IMG/VR virus record: IMGVR_UViG_3300037549_000080
Coordinates: 1-59,762 of that record
Length of the DNA stretch: 59,762 nucleotides
From: a virus
Lineage: Duplodnaviria > Caudoviricetes
Reading direction: 5' to 3' (one strand)
Below, in pieces: positions 36,992 to 46,136 of this stretch. Every line of letters starts with the position of its first letter. Positions within the stretch are counted from its first letter, which is position 1. The position numbers and the translations under genes were made by a program. The notes under the pieces were generated by a model. That model was not told the origin of the DNA and made no database searches. It saw only the letters and a list, made by a program, of their open reading frames with translations.

Positions 36992-37103
36992 AGATTTGAG
37001 TATGGGATTCGAACCCATGGATGCCTTCATCAAACGAGTCAGCGGACTCTTTTACAAGCATTCTACCGCAATCATCATTAGACCACTCTGACAATCTCAA
37101 TCT
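36992..37103 (-). ncRNA. tRNA-like element / tRNA pseudogene
   Basis: D arm TGTCAGAGTGGTCTAATGA; T arm ATGGG-TTCGAAT-CCCAT; acceptor TTGAGAT/ACTCAA one base short; no canonical anticodon arm. Confidence 0.6.
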
Positions 37104-37251
37104 GGCGGGTCGGCTAGATTAGGCTGTAATTCTCCGGGCGTACGCGCACGCACACGAACACGAACACGTACTCACGTTCTACAGTCAGCCTGTGCATCAC
37201 CCTTGTATTTCTTCAGGACGCCCAGCCTCGCCCTGTATATGTCACCGTAGA

Positions 37252-37578
37252 TTATTTCTTGCGCGGAACCTTGCCGGCATCACGCAGCGGTGGCACCCAG
37301 CTAGGCATCTCCACCTCGTCCGCAGCTTTCTGCGCGTGCGCCAGCTTGGCCGCATCGCCCGGTGTCTCCGGGCTGGTCTTGACCTTGGCGTTTGGTGGCT
37401 GCCCATCCGGCAGCCCCTGATACAAGCTGCACATCGGCCGGTTCAGCTTCACCATCGGCGGGTTGACCTGCTGCGCCCCGCTGGGATAGACAGCCGGCGG
37501 CAGCCCGTAACAAAATCCTTTCGACTCTCCGTGCGGCAACTGGAAGAACTGGCAGCTGGAACAGGTTGGTAGGCTCAT
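37252..37578 (-). CDS. Cys-rich phage protein (CxxCxFF...GxC...PP)
   Basis: Motif and ATGA overlap. Confidence 0.6.
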   Translation of the reverse strand: MSLPTCSSCQFFQLPHGESKGFCYGLPPAVYPSGAQQVNPPMVKLNRPMCSLYQGLPDGQPPNAKVKTSPETPGDAAKLAHAQKAADEVEMPSWVPPLRDAGKVPRKK

Positions 37579-37769
37579 GTTAGGAACGCTTTCAACGCCC
37601 ACCCGATAAAGGTGCGCGGGTCTTTGGGTTTGGGTTGCTCGAAGGATTCTAACTGATGCGGTGGCGGAAGGCTGCCGGCTGGATCACCGATGGCGATGCC
37701 GTATTGACATTCAACCGTCATTGATGGCGGCGGTAATGGTAATGGCCTTGCCATGGGCGCGTAGCTCAT
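37575..37769 (-). CDS. Hypothetical protein
   Basis: ATGA overlaps on both sides. Confidence 0.5.
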   Translation of the reverse strand: MSYAPMARPLPLPPPSMTVECQYGIAIGDPAGSLPPPHQLESFEQPKPKDPRTFIGWALKAFLT

Positions 37770-38167
37770 TTGCTTTTGGCTTTGGCATTCGCATTCAGCG
37801 CCCGGTGACGTTCAATTATCTTCCGCGCCATCACCACCGCAATCTCGAGCGCGGCCGCCTCGCCCACCATGGTGTCCAGCGCGGCCCGGTTGATGGTCAG
37901 CTTTACTTCGAACACCGTGCTGGTGGCCTTGGTCTTTTCTTTCGCCAGCGCACAGATGCTTTCTGTGAGCAGCTGCCGTTGCTGCGCCAGTCCGCGGTTC
38001 ACCGCGTCCAGCTGCTCCTGCGCCACCGCCCGCGATTGTGCCGGGGTCAGGAAAACTTGCTGCTGCCATTTGGTCAGGCGGGCCATGATGCGTTTTATAG
38101 TTCCGGGCGGTTTCGGTGTCGAATCTTTTTTGCTCATTGTTATTCGTTGGTTCGTTGTTACGGTCAC
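37766..38167 (-). CDS. Hypothetical protein
   Basis: Helical ORF downstream of TerL. Confidence 0.6.
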   Translation of the reverse strand: MTVTTNQRITMSKKDSTPKPPGTIKRIMARLTKWQQQVFLTPAQSRAVAQEQLDAVNRGLAQQRQLLTESICALAKEKTKATSTVFEVKLTINRAALDTMVGEAAALEIAVVMARKIIERHRALNANAKAKSK

Positions 38168-39636
38168 AATCCTAAGTCAGACGGGCTCAGCCTGTCAACA
38201 GATGAAAATGGCGAGGCGGTCACCTGCCCGGCCCGCAGCTGGCTCGCACTGGTGAAGCCGGTGCTGGCCACCGTCAGCACGTTGATGCTACCGCTCAGCG
38301 TGTCCACGATGTCATCATGCGCGTACTCGTCATCATCGTCGCTGAAGTTCTCAAGCTCGGTGAAAAACTCGTCATTCCATTTTCCTTCCACGACGAATAT
38401 CTTGCCGCCTTCCGCCTGTGACATAGCCGGCTTGGCTCGCTCAAATTTGTTTTTCGTCGGCTTGTTCGTGCGCACCGGGTACCCGGCGAGCGCTGTGATA
38501 TACGCATCCACTTCAAACTCGCCGGCTGAGCCAGGGTCACCTTCCAGCACCTGCTCCACCCGCGTGCCGTCCTGTGACGCGGTGTTGAGGATAAGCTTCT
38601 TGACGCCCAGCGGCCGCTCGCGCACCGATTGCATGTCCATCACATAAAAGTTTCCGTCCGGGCAGCGGCGCACCTTGAGGCCGCGTGTCCAGTCGGGGTC
38701 GGGGTTCTCCGGGCTGGGCACCGTGGCCGCCCGGTCCCAGTAGCGCAGCGTCCGGCCTTTCATCGGCACCATGCTGAATGGCACCACCGTGAACCAGCCC
38801 CGCTTGAAGCACATGCCGGCCGCAGCGCGAATCTTCCAGTTGCCGCCCAGCAGCCGTTCCCGGTCAACCTGCGGCAGCGCCATCATGCTGGCGAGGTATG
38901 CCGGGTCGCGTTCCATCCCGATTTTGTTGTCCGTGATTTTGGCCGGGATGAACGTAACGCTCTTGGGTCGCTGGTCGCTGCCGTACTGCGCCCGCAACTC
39001 ATTCGGGGTATCTGCCCACACCAGCTTATTGTTCACCCGGATAAACCACCGCAGCACGCCGCTCCGCTCCGGGATTGCGTACCCGCTGTCCGGGTCAATC
39101 CACCAGTCAATGAACCGGCGCACCCAGCTGTCCGGGTCCGGGTTGCACGTGGCTCGGATGTAACCGCTGATGCCGGTGGCGGAACGGTTGCGGGACATCA
39201 TGTAGAAAAACATGCGCTCAGAAAAATGCGTCAATTCATCCCAGCAAATCAGCGGCACCTGACTGCCTTGCCAGTTCAGAACATCCTTGTCGTACATCAT
39301 GTGCGCGAAGCGAATCGTCGCACCGCTCGGGAAGCGCCAGCTGGAATTGTGTTCGCTGCCCCGGCCGCCGGCCAGCGGGTACAGTTCGAGTGAGCTGTCC
39401 CACAAGCCGCCCTCATTGTGGATGTCAACGTACGTCTTGCGGAATATCACCGCGCTGAAGTTCGGTATCTGGATGTGCCGCAGCGGCTCCATCAGCAGCG
39501 CAAAGGTCTTGCCGCCGAACGCAGCGCCACCATAAATCAGGATGTCGGCCGGGCAGCTGAGCGCACCCGTCTGCGGCCCCGGCTGGGCGGCTATCTTCAC
39601 CTGCTGCTCTAGGGCTGGTTGTGTGGCTGTGTCCAT
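38164..39636 (-). CDS. terL: Terminase large subunit
   Basis: YGGAAFGGKT, ICWDELTHF, RATCNPD, RYWDRAAT, HDDIVDTLSG. Confidence 0.95.
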   Translation of the reverse strand: MDTATQPALEQQVKIAAQPGPQTGALSCPADILIYGGAAFGGKTFALLMEPLRHIQIPNFSAVIFRKTYVDIHNEGGLWDSSLELYPLAGGRGSEHNSSWRFPSGATIRFAHMMYDKDVLNWQGSQVPLICWDELTHFSERMFFYMMSRNRSATGISGYIRATCNPDPDSWVRRFIDWWIDPDSGYAIPERSGVLRWFIRVNNKLVWADTPNELRAQYGSDQRPKSVTFIPAKITDNKIGMERDPAYLASMMALPQVDRERLLGGNWKIRAAAGMCFKRGWFTVVPFSMVPMKGRTLRYWDRAATVPSPENPDPDWTRGLKVRRCPDGNFYVMDMQSVRERPLGVKKLILNTASQDGTRVEQVLEGDPGSAGEFEVDAYITALAGYPVRTNKPTKNKFERAKPAMSQAEGGKIFVVEGKWNDEFFTELENFSDDDDEYAHDDIVDTLSGSINVLTVASTGFTSASQLRAGQVTASPFSSVDRLSPSDLGL

Positions 39637-39674
39637 TTGCGATACAAATTGCGTATAAGCCTATTTCCAGCGTT

Positions 39675-40421
39675 TTATGCCTCTTTTGGCGTGCTGGGCG
39701 CTTCCGGGGCCGGCAAAGCGGCCTCCGGGGCTGCCTCGGGGCTTGCCGGGGCGGTTTTGGGGCTGCCGGCCACCCGGATGGCACCCGGTTGCATGGGGCG
39801 GCCGTTGTCGGGCAGCATTATCACCACCTGTGCCGGCTGGCTGCCGTTGGTGTCCACCGTGGTCTGCACCCGGTCAGTCTCGACGCCCGTGGCCAGCCGC
39901 CGCAGCTTGCTCACCTGTGCTATCAAACCTCCTGCAGTTCCAAAATCAAACTTGACCGGCTCCACGATGGTCACGTTTCGAATCACCGTCTTGCCGTCCT
40001 CACTGAATTGTTCCTGGGTCTGCGTCTGCCGGATGATGGGCATTTGCAGCATCTGGTTCACCTTGGCCATGAGAGCCTCTGCCATCTGCCATTCACCCTC
40101 CCGCAGCGACTGTTCCCGCTTCGCCCACTCCTTGGCGCTGCTCTGCATCTGGGTGCGGAGCGCGGCCTCAGCCTCGCGGGTCTGCTTCAGGTTCCACGCC
40201 TTAACCCGGTTGACCCAGTGCCAGCGGCCGCACCAGCGATTAACCAGTGACCCGCTCTTAGCCAACCTTTCAGCTACTTTTGGGATTGACCGGACGTCGT
40301 CACCCAGTTCCAGATACACCCTGAAGGCCGCATAGGCCACGCTAGTCTCCTTCTCCTGCTGCTCGTACAGCGGCAGGGTCAGGTCGGTCATGTCACCGTG
40401 CGCATAGCGTTTGACCTTCAC
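39675..40421 (-). CDS. terS: Terminase small subunit
   Basis: ETSVAYAAFRVYLELG..RS...VA...RW...W.W..R..AW HTH, directly upstream of TerL. Confidence 0.7.
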   Translation of the reverse strand: MKVKRYAHGDMTDLTLPLYEQQEKETSVAYAAFRVYLELGDDVRSIPKVAERLAKSGSLVNRWCGRWHWVNRVKAWNLKQTREAEAALRTQMQSSAKEWAKREQSLREGEWQMAEALMAKVNQMLQMPIIRQTQTQEQFSEDGKTVIRNVTIVEPVKFDFGTAGGLIAQVSKLRRLATGVETDRVQTTVDTNGSQPAQVVIMLPDNGRPMQPGAIRVAGSPKTAPASPEAAPEAALPAPEAPSTPKEA

Positions 40422-40424
40422 GGC

Positions 40425-40934
40425 TCAGTCTTTCGGAGAGAAGAAATCAGCGTCAATTATTTTGAAGGTGACAAGGCTGCCCATGCCCAGCTTTTCGAGC
40501 TTACCGTTCGCGGCCCAGTACGCCACGTTGGCCGCCACGTTGCTGGCATCCTTTTCACCTATCACGCCCGGCCAGCGCGTCTGCACCGCCTGAAAGATTT
40601 CGGTGACGCTCAGGGGCTTGGCCGATTCATGCATCACCTTCTTCACGGCGGCCGCAAAGGTTTCGGGGTCGGTGAGCAGTTTGTCCACGCTCACCTTGGC
40701 CTCGTCCGGGGTCTGGGGTGCTTTGCGCGTGTCCTTCCGTTTGGCCGCCGGCTCAGGCGACTTTGTTTTGGAAAGTTTTTTGCCTAGCTCTGGCACGGTT
40801 ACGGATGCCTGTTTGAACGCAGCGCCCAGCTTGCCCATGGCTGCCGCCGCATCCTCGAGCAGCTGGATGGCACGGTCAATGTCTTGGCGCTGGCACTTCA
40901 GTTCGTAAATCGTTTGCTCAATCTGTTTATTCAT
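40425..40934 (-). CDS. Coiled-coil plus winged-helix DNA-binding protein
   Basis: VKKVMHESAKPLSVTEIF...NVAANVAYWAANGKLEK. Confidence 0.6.
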   Translation of the reverse strand: MNKQIEQTIYELKCQRQDIDRAIQLLEDAAAAMGKLGAAFKQASVTVPELGKKLSKTKSPEPAAKRKDTRKAPQTPDEAKVSVDKLLTDPETFAAAVKKVMHESAKPLSVTEIFQAVQTRWPGVIGEKDASNVAANVAYWAANGKLEKLGMGSLVTFKIIDADFFSPKD

Positions 40935-40951
40935 ATCGTTGTTCGTTAAGT

Positions 40952-40986
40952 CTGCGCCCGTTGGCCTCTGGTGTCAACGGGCGCAG
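40952..40986. terminator. Hairpin
   Basis: CTGCGCCCGTTG...CAACGGGCGCAG. Confidence 0.55.
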
Positions 40987-41000
40987 CATCGGTTTGTTGC

Positions 41001-41288
41001 CTAGCTCATTTCCTGCTTCACCGGCGGCACCTCTGCGGCATTGGCGGCGGCGGGCGCGTTGGCTTTCGCCGTGGCCGTGGTGGCTTCCACCGCGTCCAGT
41101 GCATCCTGCGCGTGGTAGCCGTCACCGAGGTTGACGAAGTGCTGGGTCACGCCGCCCGGCACCACTGTGGCCACCTGACCATTGCAGCTGGTGCAGTTCG
41201 GGTTGATGTCGTGCAGGGTGCCGACTATGCCGTTGGGATAAACCACCGGGTCATTGTTCTTGGCCTCGCGGCCGTTCTTGTAGTGCAT
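41001..41288 (-). CDS. Conserved phage hypothetical protein (MHYKNGREAK)
   Basis: Recognisable N-terminus; packed ORF. Confidence 0.65.
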   Translation of the reverse strand: MHYKNGREAKNNDPVVYPNGIVGTLHDINPNCTSCNGQVATVVPGGVTQHFVNLGDGYHAQDALDAVEATTATAKANAPAAANAAEVPPVKQEMS

Positions 41289-41289
41289 G

Positions 41290-41955
41290 CTATTTGCCTT
41301 TCTTTTTTGCTGGTTTCTTTTGCTTCACCGGGACGGGCTCGGCTACCTCTGGTTCCGGCGGCTTGGCCACCGGCACGTAGAAGCTTCTCCGGGCCACTTC
41401 GTCACGGTCAACTTGGAACACGTTACCGCAGCCCGGACAGCTCATGTCCACGAGGTTGCGGGTGGCGCTGCCTATCTGGGCGACGCCGGCCTGCATCTGC
41501 TGTCCCAGTGCGGCAATCTTTTCGTTGGTCGGCACCGGGGCCGGCGTGCTGACCTTGTTCAGAAATTCGGCAATGTTGAAGTCAGGCATCATGGCCTGCA
41601 CTTCGGCGGGCGTCTGCCACTCACGGATCTCCGCCATGAGCTTGTCCGTGTCCCATGTGGCCGCCTCGCTGCTCTTGTTGTCAATGACTCGGTACTCCTT
41701 GGCCTTGGCTTCGTCCATCAGGCTGATGACGCAGGGCAATGTGGCCAGCCCCAGCTGCTTCGCGGCCATGTATCGCGTGTGCCCGGCGATGATGGTCTTC
41801 TCCGTGTCGAGGATGATGGGCTGCGTGAAGCCAAACCTTTCGATCGACGCCTTCACCACCTGCACGGCAGCCTCGTTGTTCCGCGGATTGCGCCAGTACG
41901 GTATTATCTCCGTGATAGGCACGTTTATGATTTCAAGCTGCGGCTTTTCGCTCAT
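41290..41955 (-). CDS. ParB/Srx N-terminal domain protein with C-terminal Zn ribbon
   Basis: PYWRNPRNN...SIERFGFTQPII...IIAGHTRYMAAKQLG...DNKSSE; CPGCG. Confidence 0.9.
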   Translation of the reverse strand: MSEKPQLEIINVPITEIIPYWRNPRNNEAAVQVVKASIERFGFTQPIILDTEKTIIAGHTRYMAAKQLGLATLPCVISLMDEAKAKEYRVIDNKSSEAATWDTDKLMAEIREWQTPAEVQAMMPDFNIAEFLNKVSTPAPVPTNEKIAALGQQMQAGVAQIGSATRNLVDMSCPGCGNVFQVDRDEVARRSFYVPVAKPPEPEVAEPVPVKQKKPAKKKGK

Positions 41956-42604
41956 GTGATTTTTGTATTTTGATTTGGTTTTCGGTGACCCAGGACGGGC
42001 TAAACTTTGCATCCTTGAACAGCTTGGCGAAGCCGGTGATGTGCTTCAGCCGCAGCAACTCGTCCGGTTCCAGCCCCAGCTCATTGCATATCTGGTTGTC
42101 GCCCCAGCCCAGCTTGAGCAGTTCGAACACCATGCTGCCCATGCCGGCCACGCTGTGCTTACCTCGGGCCCGGTTGTGCCGGATGGTGCTGGCCATGCGG
42201 TCGCCAATCGGCTTGTCAATGACCACGATGGGCAGCAGCCCGTTGCGGGCGGCTTTGATGTCCGGGAAATTGCGCATCGTCGTGTACCGATGGAAACCAT
42301 CAACGATGATGTACTTGCCCAGCTTCTCGTCCCAGATGGTCACCACCGGCTGCGTGTAGCCGTCATGGCTGATGCTGGTGTGCAGCAGGCGCATTTCATT
42401 TGAGGCCACGCTGTTCGGATTGTAATTGTTGCTTTGCACCATTTCGATGGGCACCCAGCGCACGTGGTCAATGGGGTCTTTCAGATCGGATATGTCATGC
42501 AGGTACTCCCTCAGCATGCCTATAAACATCTGCCGGCGGGCCGGGGTGTCCAAGCCGGCCATCAGCTTGGTGATTATATTTTTTACTTCGGCGGGCAGTT
42601 TCAT
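41933..42604 (-). CDS. ibrB: IbrB/YbdM-like ParB-domain protein
   Basis: NNYNPNSVA..EM.LL..SI..DGYTQPVV, VDGFHR, RMASTIRHNRARGKH. Confidence 0.9.
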   Translation of the reverse strand: MKLPAEVKNIITKLMAGLDTPARRQMFIGMLREYLHDISDLKDPIDHVRWVPIEMVQSNNYNPNSVASNEMRLLHTSISHDGYTQPVVTIWDEKLGKYIIVDGFHRYTTMRNFPDIKAARNGLLPIVVIDKPIGDRMASTIRHNRARGKHSVAGMGSMVFELLKLGWGDNQICNELGLEPDELLRLKHITGFAKLFKDAKFSPSWVTENQIKIQKSHERKAAA

Positions 42605-43725
42605 TTTCGTAACTCTACCTTTCCTTGCTTGAGCTGTAAATGCAAAGCGTTCTCGATTGAGCAGCACCAGTTGGCCAGCTTCACATGCTCATAGTCGTTG
42701 GTCAGGATGCTGTTGATGTGCAGCCGGAACAGTTTGTCACCCGCCTTGTCCAGCCAGATTTCCTCCATCCATTTGAATTTCTTGGCGAAGCCGTCGCGCC
42801 ATTCCGGGTTGGCGATTAAGTTTTCCAGCAGGTAATCCCGGTACTCCCGCCAGTCTTTGAACATGTGGGGCAGGTCATGGATGAAATAATCGTCTTTGTT
42901 CATCTTGCCGGCCATGTCTATGCCTTGGATGCGCTGCGTCAGGCGCTGATACGTTTCCGGCTCTATCTCCTGCAAATGGAACAGGCTCTTGACGGCGGTT
43001 TCATGATGCACGTTGCTGACCCGCATCTTGCTCGGCGGCACGCCGTACCGATAATAATGGTCATAGAGTTCGTTGTACGGCCAGCCGTTGTCATTGATGG
43101 CCTTCCACACGTCGCCCAGCGCCCAGTCATAAATCGGGTACATGGTGAAATGCAGCTGCGCCTTTTTGTTGAAGCATTTCCCCCAGGTCGCGCCCTTGTA
43201 CGTTTCATGCATCGTCAGCCCTTGGAACCGGCTCGGGCTTTCCTCGCACCGCACGCCGGCCAGATAACAGGTCTTCAGCCCGGCAAAGTCTTTGGTCAGG
43301 ATGGCTTCGAACAGTTCAAAGAACCGGTTCGTGCCGTAGGTGTTCTCCTTGATGGCGTTCGGCTCTTTGGGCCGCAGCCAGACATCTTCCTTGCCCGGCT
43401 CCCAGCAGTACAGCTGCGTGTCAATCTGGCTGGTCGCGTTGACCATCTGAATCGGTATCTGGTACCACAGCGGTTCAACCTCCGGGTTTTCCATGACGAG
43501 GCGCACGTAGTTCACCGTGGCCTGCCACTCGGCCTCTTGGTCCACGAACATCACCTTCAGCGGCAGCCGCCCTTTCTCACGGGCCACCAGCAGCGCAAGG
43601 TTCAAGATGATGGTGCTGTCTTTGCCGCCGCTGAAGCCGACCAGCACATTCGGGAATTCATCGAAGAGCCAGCGCATCCGTTTGAGCGCGGCCTCCCAGA
43701 CGTTATCTTTGATGTAGAACTTCAC
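42601..43725 (-). CDS. ibrA: IbrA/YbdN-like PAPS-reductase-fold (PP-loop) protein
   Basis: NVWEAALKRMRWLF, FSGGKDS, DQEAEW, GVRCEES..R, YPIYDW...DVW, MRVS; GTGA start. Confidence 0.9.
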   Translation of the reverse strand: MKFYIKDNVWEAALKRMRWLFDEFPNVLVGFSGGKDSTIILNLALLVAREKGRLPLKVMFVDQEAEWQATVNYVRLVMENPEVEPLWYQIPIQMVNATSQIDTQLYCWEPGKEDVWLRPKEPNAIKENTYGTNRFFELFEAILTKDFAGLKTCYLAGVRCEESPSRFQGLTMHETYKGATWGKCFNKKAQLHFTMYPIYDWALGDVWKAINDNGWPYNELYDHYYRYGVPPSKMRVSNVHHETAVKSLFHLQEIEPETYQRLTQRIQGIDMAGKMNKDDYFIHDLPHMFKDWREYRDYLLENLIANPEWRDGFAKKFKWMEEIWLDKAGDKLFRLHINSILTNDYEHVKLANWCCSIENALHLQLKQGKVELRK

Positions 43726-44888
43726 AGCGCTGGTTTTATATCGCCTTTGAACGTGAAGCCCAGCGCATTCAGCCGGTTGAAGAATTCCATTTCTGGGATG
43801 ATGCCTTCCGGGCAATACACACCCCGGTCAGTGATGAAATTTTCCAGCAGCATTTCTGTGATGATGCAGGCGGGAAAGGCGGTGTCCACGTTGCACCCGT
43901 ATTCTTCCCAGCCGGGCAGCGGCGGCACGATGCATTCCATGTGGCCCACCACCGGCAGCTTGTTGACCTCGCCCCGCACCGTCACCCACAGGTTTTCAGA
44001 TTCCTTGTACCCGGCCGGCGTTGGTATGCGCTTGCTCATGGCCGTCAGGAAGTCGCACGGCTGCACCTTGGTTGGCCCGGCATCCGTCACCACGATCACG
44101 GGCTGGTCGTGCTGGAAACCCATTTTAATCAGAGAGTCAATCACGGCCTTGCTGTGCGCCGGGAACCCGGCGAAGAATTTCACGTTCTTCAAACCCTTGT
44201 CTTTGAAATAGTGGTGGAATGAATAAACCTCCGAGTGCGGCACCAGATACACGACCTGCTCACCCAGCAGTTCAAATTCCCGGCATTTAGATTCGCTCAG
44301 CGGCGGCACCGTCACCAGCTCATTGTTCTCCATCACCAGCGCCGGCAGGCTCAGCTCCAACGTGACCACGTACAGGAAGAACGGCGGCACAAAGTCTTTC
44401 ATGTTGCTGTCCCATGCGAAACCAGCCTCAGCGCTCTCCACGGAATGCATCTGCCCGGCCATGTGCTTCATCATCACGCTGCCGATGCCCGGCACGCTGC
44501 CGCAACCCATGATAGCTGTCAGCCCGGCCGCCTTCACTTCCTGATGCCGGATTAGCCGGCGGGCGGTGCCCGGTATGTCCGAACCCAGGTCCACGTAGTG
44601 AGTGTTGAAATCAATGCACGCCTGAAGCACTCCGTCATTGTAAAAGTCGCTGGCACAGTTCAGCACGATGCGCGGCTGGAACCGTTCAAGGATGTCCCGC
44701 AGCATGTACGTGTGGCGGTGGTCGCAGAACTGGAACGGTATCTTGCCGCCGGCATGGTCTATTTCCTTCTGCACGTTGTCCCGGTAGATGTCGGCCACCA
44801 CGATGCTGTGGCCGCGCTGTGACAGGAACCGGGTGGCGATGATGCCTTGCTGCCCGTCTGCACCGAGGATGAGGATGTCAGTTTTCAT
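43722..44888 (-). CDS. Saccharopine dehydrogenase-family NAD(P)H oxidoreductase
   Basis: Rossmann ILGADGQQG, HYVDLG, GCGSVPGI, HSEV, GVYCPE. Confidence 0.85.
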   Translation of the reverse strand: MKTDILILGADGQQGIIATRFLSQRGHSIVVADIYRDNVQKEIDHAGGKIPFQFCDHRHTYMLRDILERFQPRIVLNCASDFYNDGVLQACIDFNTHYVDLGSDIPGTARRLIRHQEVKAAGLTAIMGCGSVPGIGSVMMKHMAGQMHSVESAEAGFAWDSNMKDFVPPFFLYVVTLELSLPALVMENNELVTVPPLSESKCREFELLGEQVVYLVPHSEVYSFHHYFKDKGLKNVKFFAGFPAHSKAVIDSLIKMGFQHDQPVIVVTDAGPTKVQPCDFLTAMSKRIPTPAGYKESENLWVTVRGEVNKLPVVGHMECIVPPLPGWEEYGCNVDTAFPACIITEMLLENFITDRGVYCPEGIIPEMEFFNRLNALGFTFKGDIKPAL

Positions 44889-45433
44889 TGGTTGGATTTA
44901 TCAATCACTTTTTTTAGTTCCGCGTACCGGGCACCGTTCATTTCTCCGCCTATGAACCTTGCCCCGCACTTGATGATTATTTCTGCTGTCACGCCCAGCC
45001 CGGCAAACGGGTCAAACACCAGCCCCGGCTTCAGGGCCGCAATGGCCGCCCGGATGCAGCCTTCTTCATCCAGCCCCAGCGTGGGCGTCAGATAATCGGT
45101 GTTGAAGGACAGCACCACCATCGGCTTGCCGTTGCATTGCAACGCCAGCGCGTGACCGGTGTACCGGTGGCCGCAATACTTTCCTATCTCCACCACCTTG
45201 TCCCAGCCACGGGCCGAGAACTCCACCAGCATCGGCTTGTCGCGGTGCGCTGAAGCAAATAGCTGGTTGAGCGCGTCCTTCATTGTTTCTTTTGACGCCC
45301 GGCCGGTTTTTACCATGGCCGACTTTTGGAAAAGCTTCATGATGCCTTCGTTCCAAGGCGGGTCGGTGTACATCAGGTCATAGGCCGGGAACGATGGCCA
45401 GTCTCCCACGGAACGGTTATAGGCTTGGTTCAT
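44885..45433 (-). CDS. Minimal beta-class amino-methyltransferase (N6A/N4C type)
   Basis: YTDPPW precedes VFDPFAGLG; GGEMN; only 182 aa. Confidence 0.8.
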   Translation of the reverse strand: MNQAYNRSVGDWPSFPAYDLMYTDPPWNEGIMKLFQKSAMVKTGRASKETMKDALNQLFASAHRDKPMLVEFSARGWDKVVEIGKYCGHRYTGHALALQCNGKPMVVLSFNTDYLTPTLGLDEEGCIRAAIAALKPGLVFDPFAGLGVTAEIIIKCGARFIGGEMNGARYAELKKVIDKSNQ

Positions 45434-45618
45434 GGCAGGATAAATTCACCGTCAAGTTTCTTGGAGTCTTCGGGGAACGGGTTGGAGAATTCCTTGTGCC
45501 AGTCAATGCCCATTACCTCAGCGGCCGGGTCGTACGTGGCGCTGTTGCTAAGGTTCCGGCCGCACTTGGCCGCCATGGTCGTGCAGTCACGGGTCTTGTG
45601 GTTCAGGACGTAAATCAT
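45430..45618 (-). CDS. Hypothetical protein
   Basis: ATGA overlaps on both sides. Confidence 0.65.
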   Translation of the reverse strand: MIYVLNHKTRDCTTMAAKCGRNLSNSATYDPAAEVMGIDWHKEFSNPFPEDSKKLDGEFILP

Positions 45619-45956
45619 AGTCTAGCCCGGTTGAACACCGTGGTTTCATCCGGCGGCCATCCCATCGTCCAATACTGATAGCCGCCATGCTCCAGATAAA
45701 TGTACGCCGTCCGGAAGAACGGTTTAATCACCCCGGCGCTGCGCACGTGGTTGACCATGCGCTCCCATGCGCGTTCATCCGGTGTCTCACTGCGGCGAAG
45801 GTACTGGTGCGGCAGCTGGGCTTTGCCGGCGTGCATCGGCCGGGCCGTGTGCCAGCCGCCGGCGATAACGAAGGCAGCGAACTCTTCCCAAGTAACTGTG
45901 TCGGCGGTGACTTTCTGCTTCTGCTCCGTGACGCTGGGTGTTTTCTCGTAGGCCAT
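45615..45956 (-). CDS. Conserved small domain protein (PHQY...Y.YWTMG.P..ET...NR)
   Basis: Recognisable motif; first gene of the coupled operon. Confidence 0.7.
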   Translation of the reverse strand: MAYEKTPSVTEQKQKVTADTVTWEEFAAFVIAGGWHTARPMHAGKAQLPHQYLRRSETPDERAWERMVNHVRSAGVIKPFFRTAYIYLEHGGYQYWTMGWPPDETTVFNRARL

Positions 45957-45986
45957 TAGTTTTAGTTGGTCGTTGTTTCTTGACCA

Positions 45987-46015
45987 AGTAAACACTCCGT
46001 GGCCGGCGCCGTCAA
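45987..46015 (-). promoter_or_regulatory. Putative sigma70 promoter of the modification/packaging operon
   Basis: TTGACG-N17-TTTACT followed by an AC-rich leader. Confidence 0.55.
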
Positions 46016-46075
46016 CAGAAATTGACATCCTCCCCGGCCTGAAGGCGCTGGGCAACCCATAAGGAATGGATAAAT

Positions 46076-46136
46076 GGCCGCACCGGGAACAACTCCGGTG
46101 CGGCCGCGTGACGGTAACAAGACCAACACCGTCACG
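46076..46136 (-). terminator. Two adjacent hairpins after the ligase gene
   Basis: GGCCGCACCGG/CCGGTGCGGCC and CGTGACGGT/ACCGTCACG. Confidence 0.6.

Noticed and set aside
36992-37103. Functional tRNA-Tyr(GTA) or attP
   Set aside because: The TGTAAA is not in a canonical anticodon arm, the acceptor stem lacks a base, and no integrase is present
37143-37177. Short CACG-periodic tract as pac site or microsatellite
   Set aside because: Too short and degenerate to support a function
41290-42604. Plasmid-prophage partition system
   Set aside because: No ParA; both ParB domains are of the packaging/modification-associated types
42601-43725. Canonical Dnd/Ssp phosphorothioation or sulfate assimilation (cysH)
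   Set aside because: No DndD/E, cysteine desulfurase or other cys genes; motifs fit IbrA
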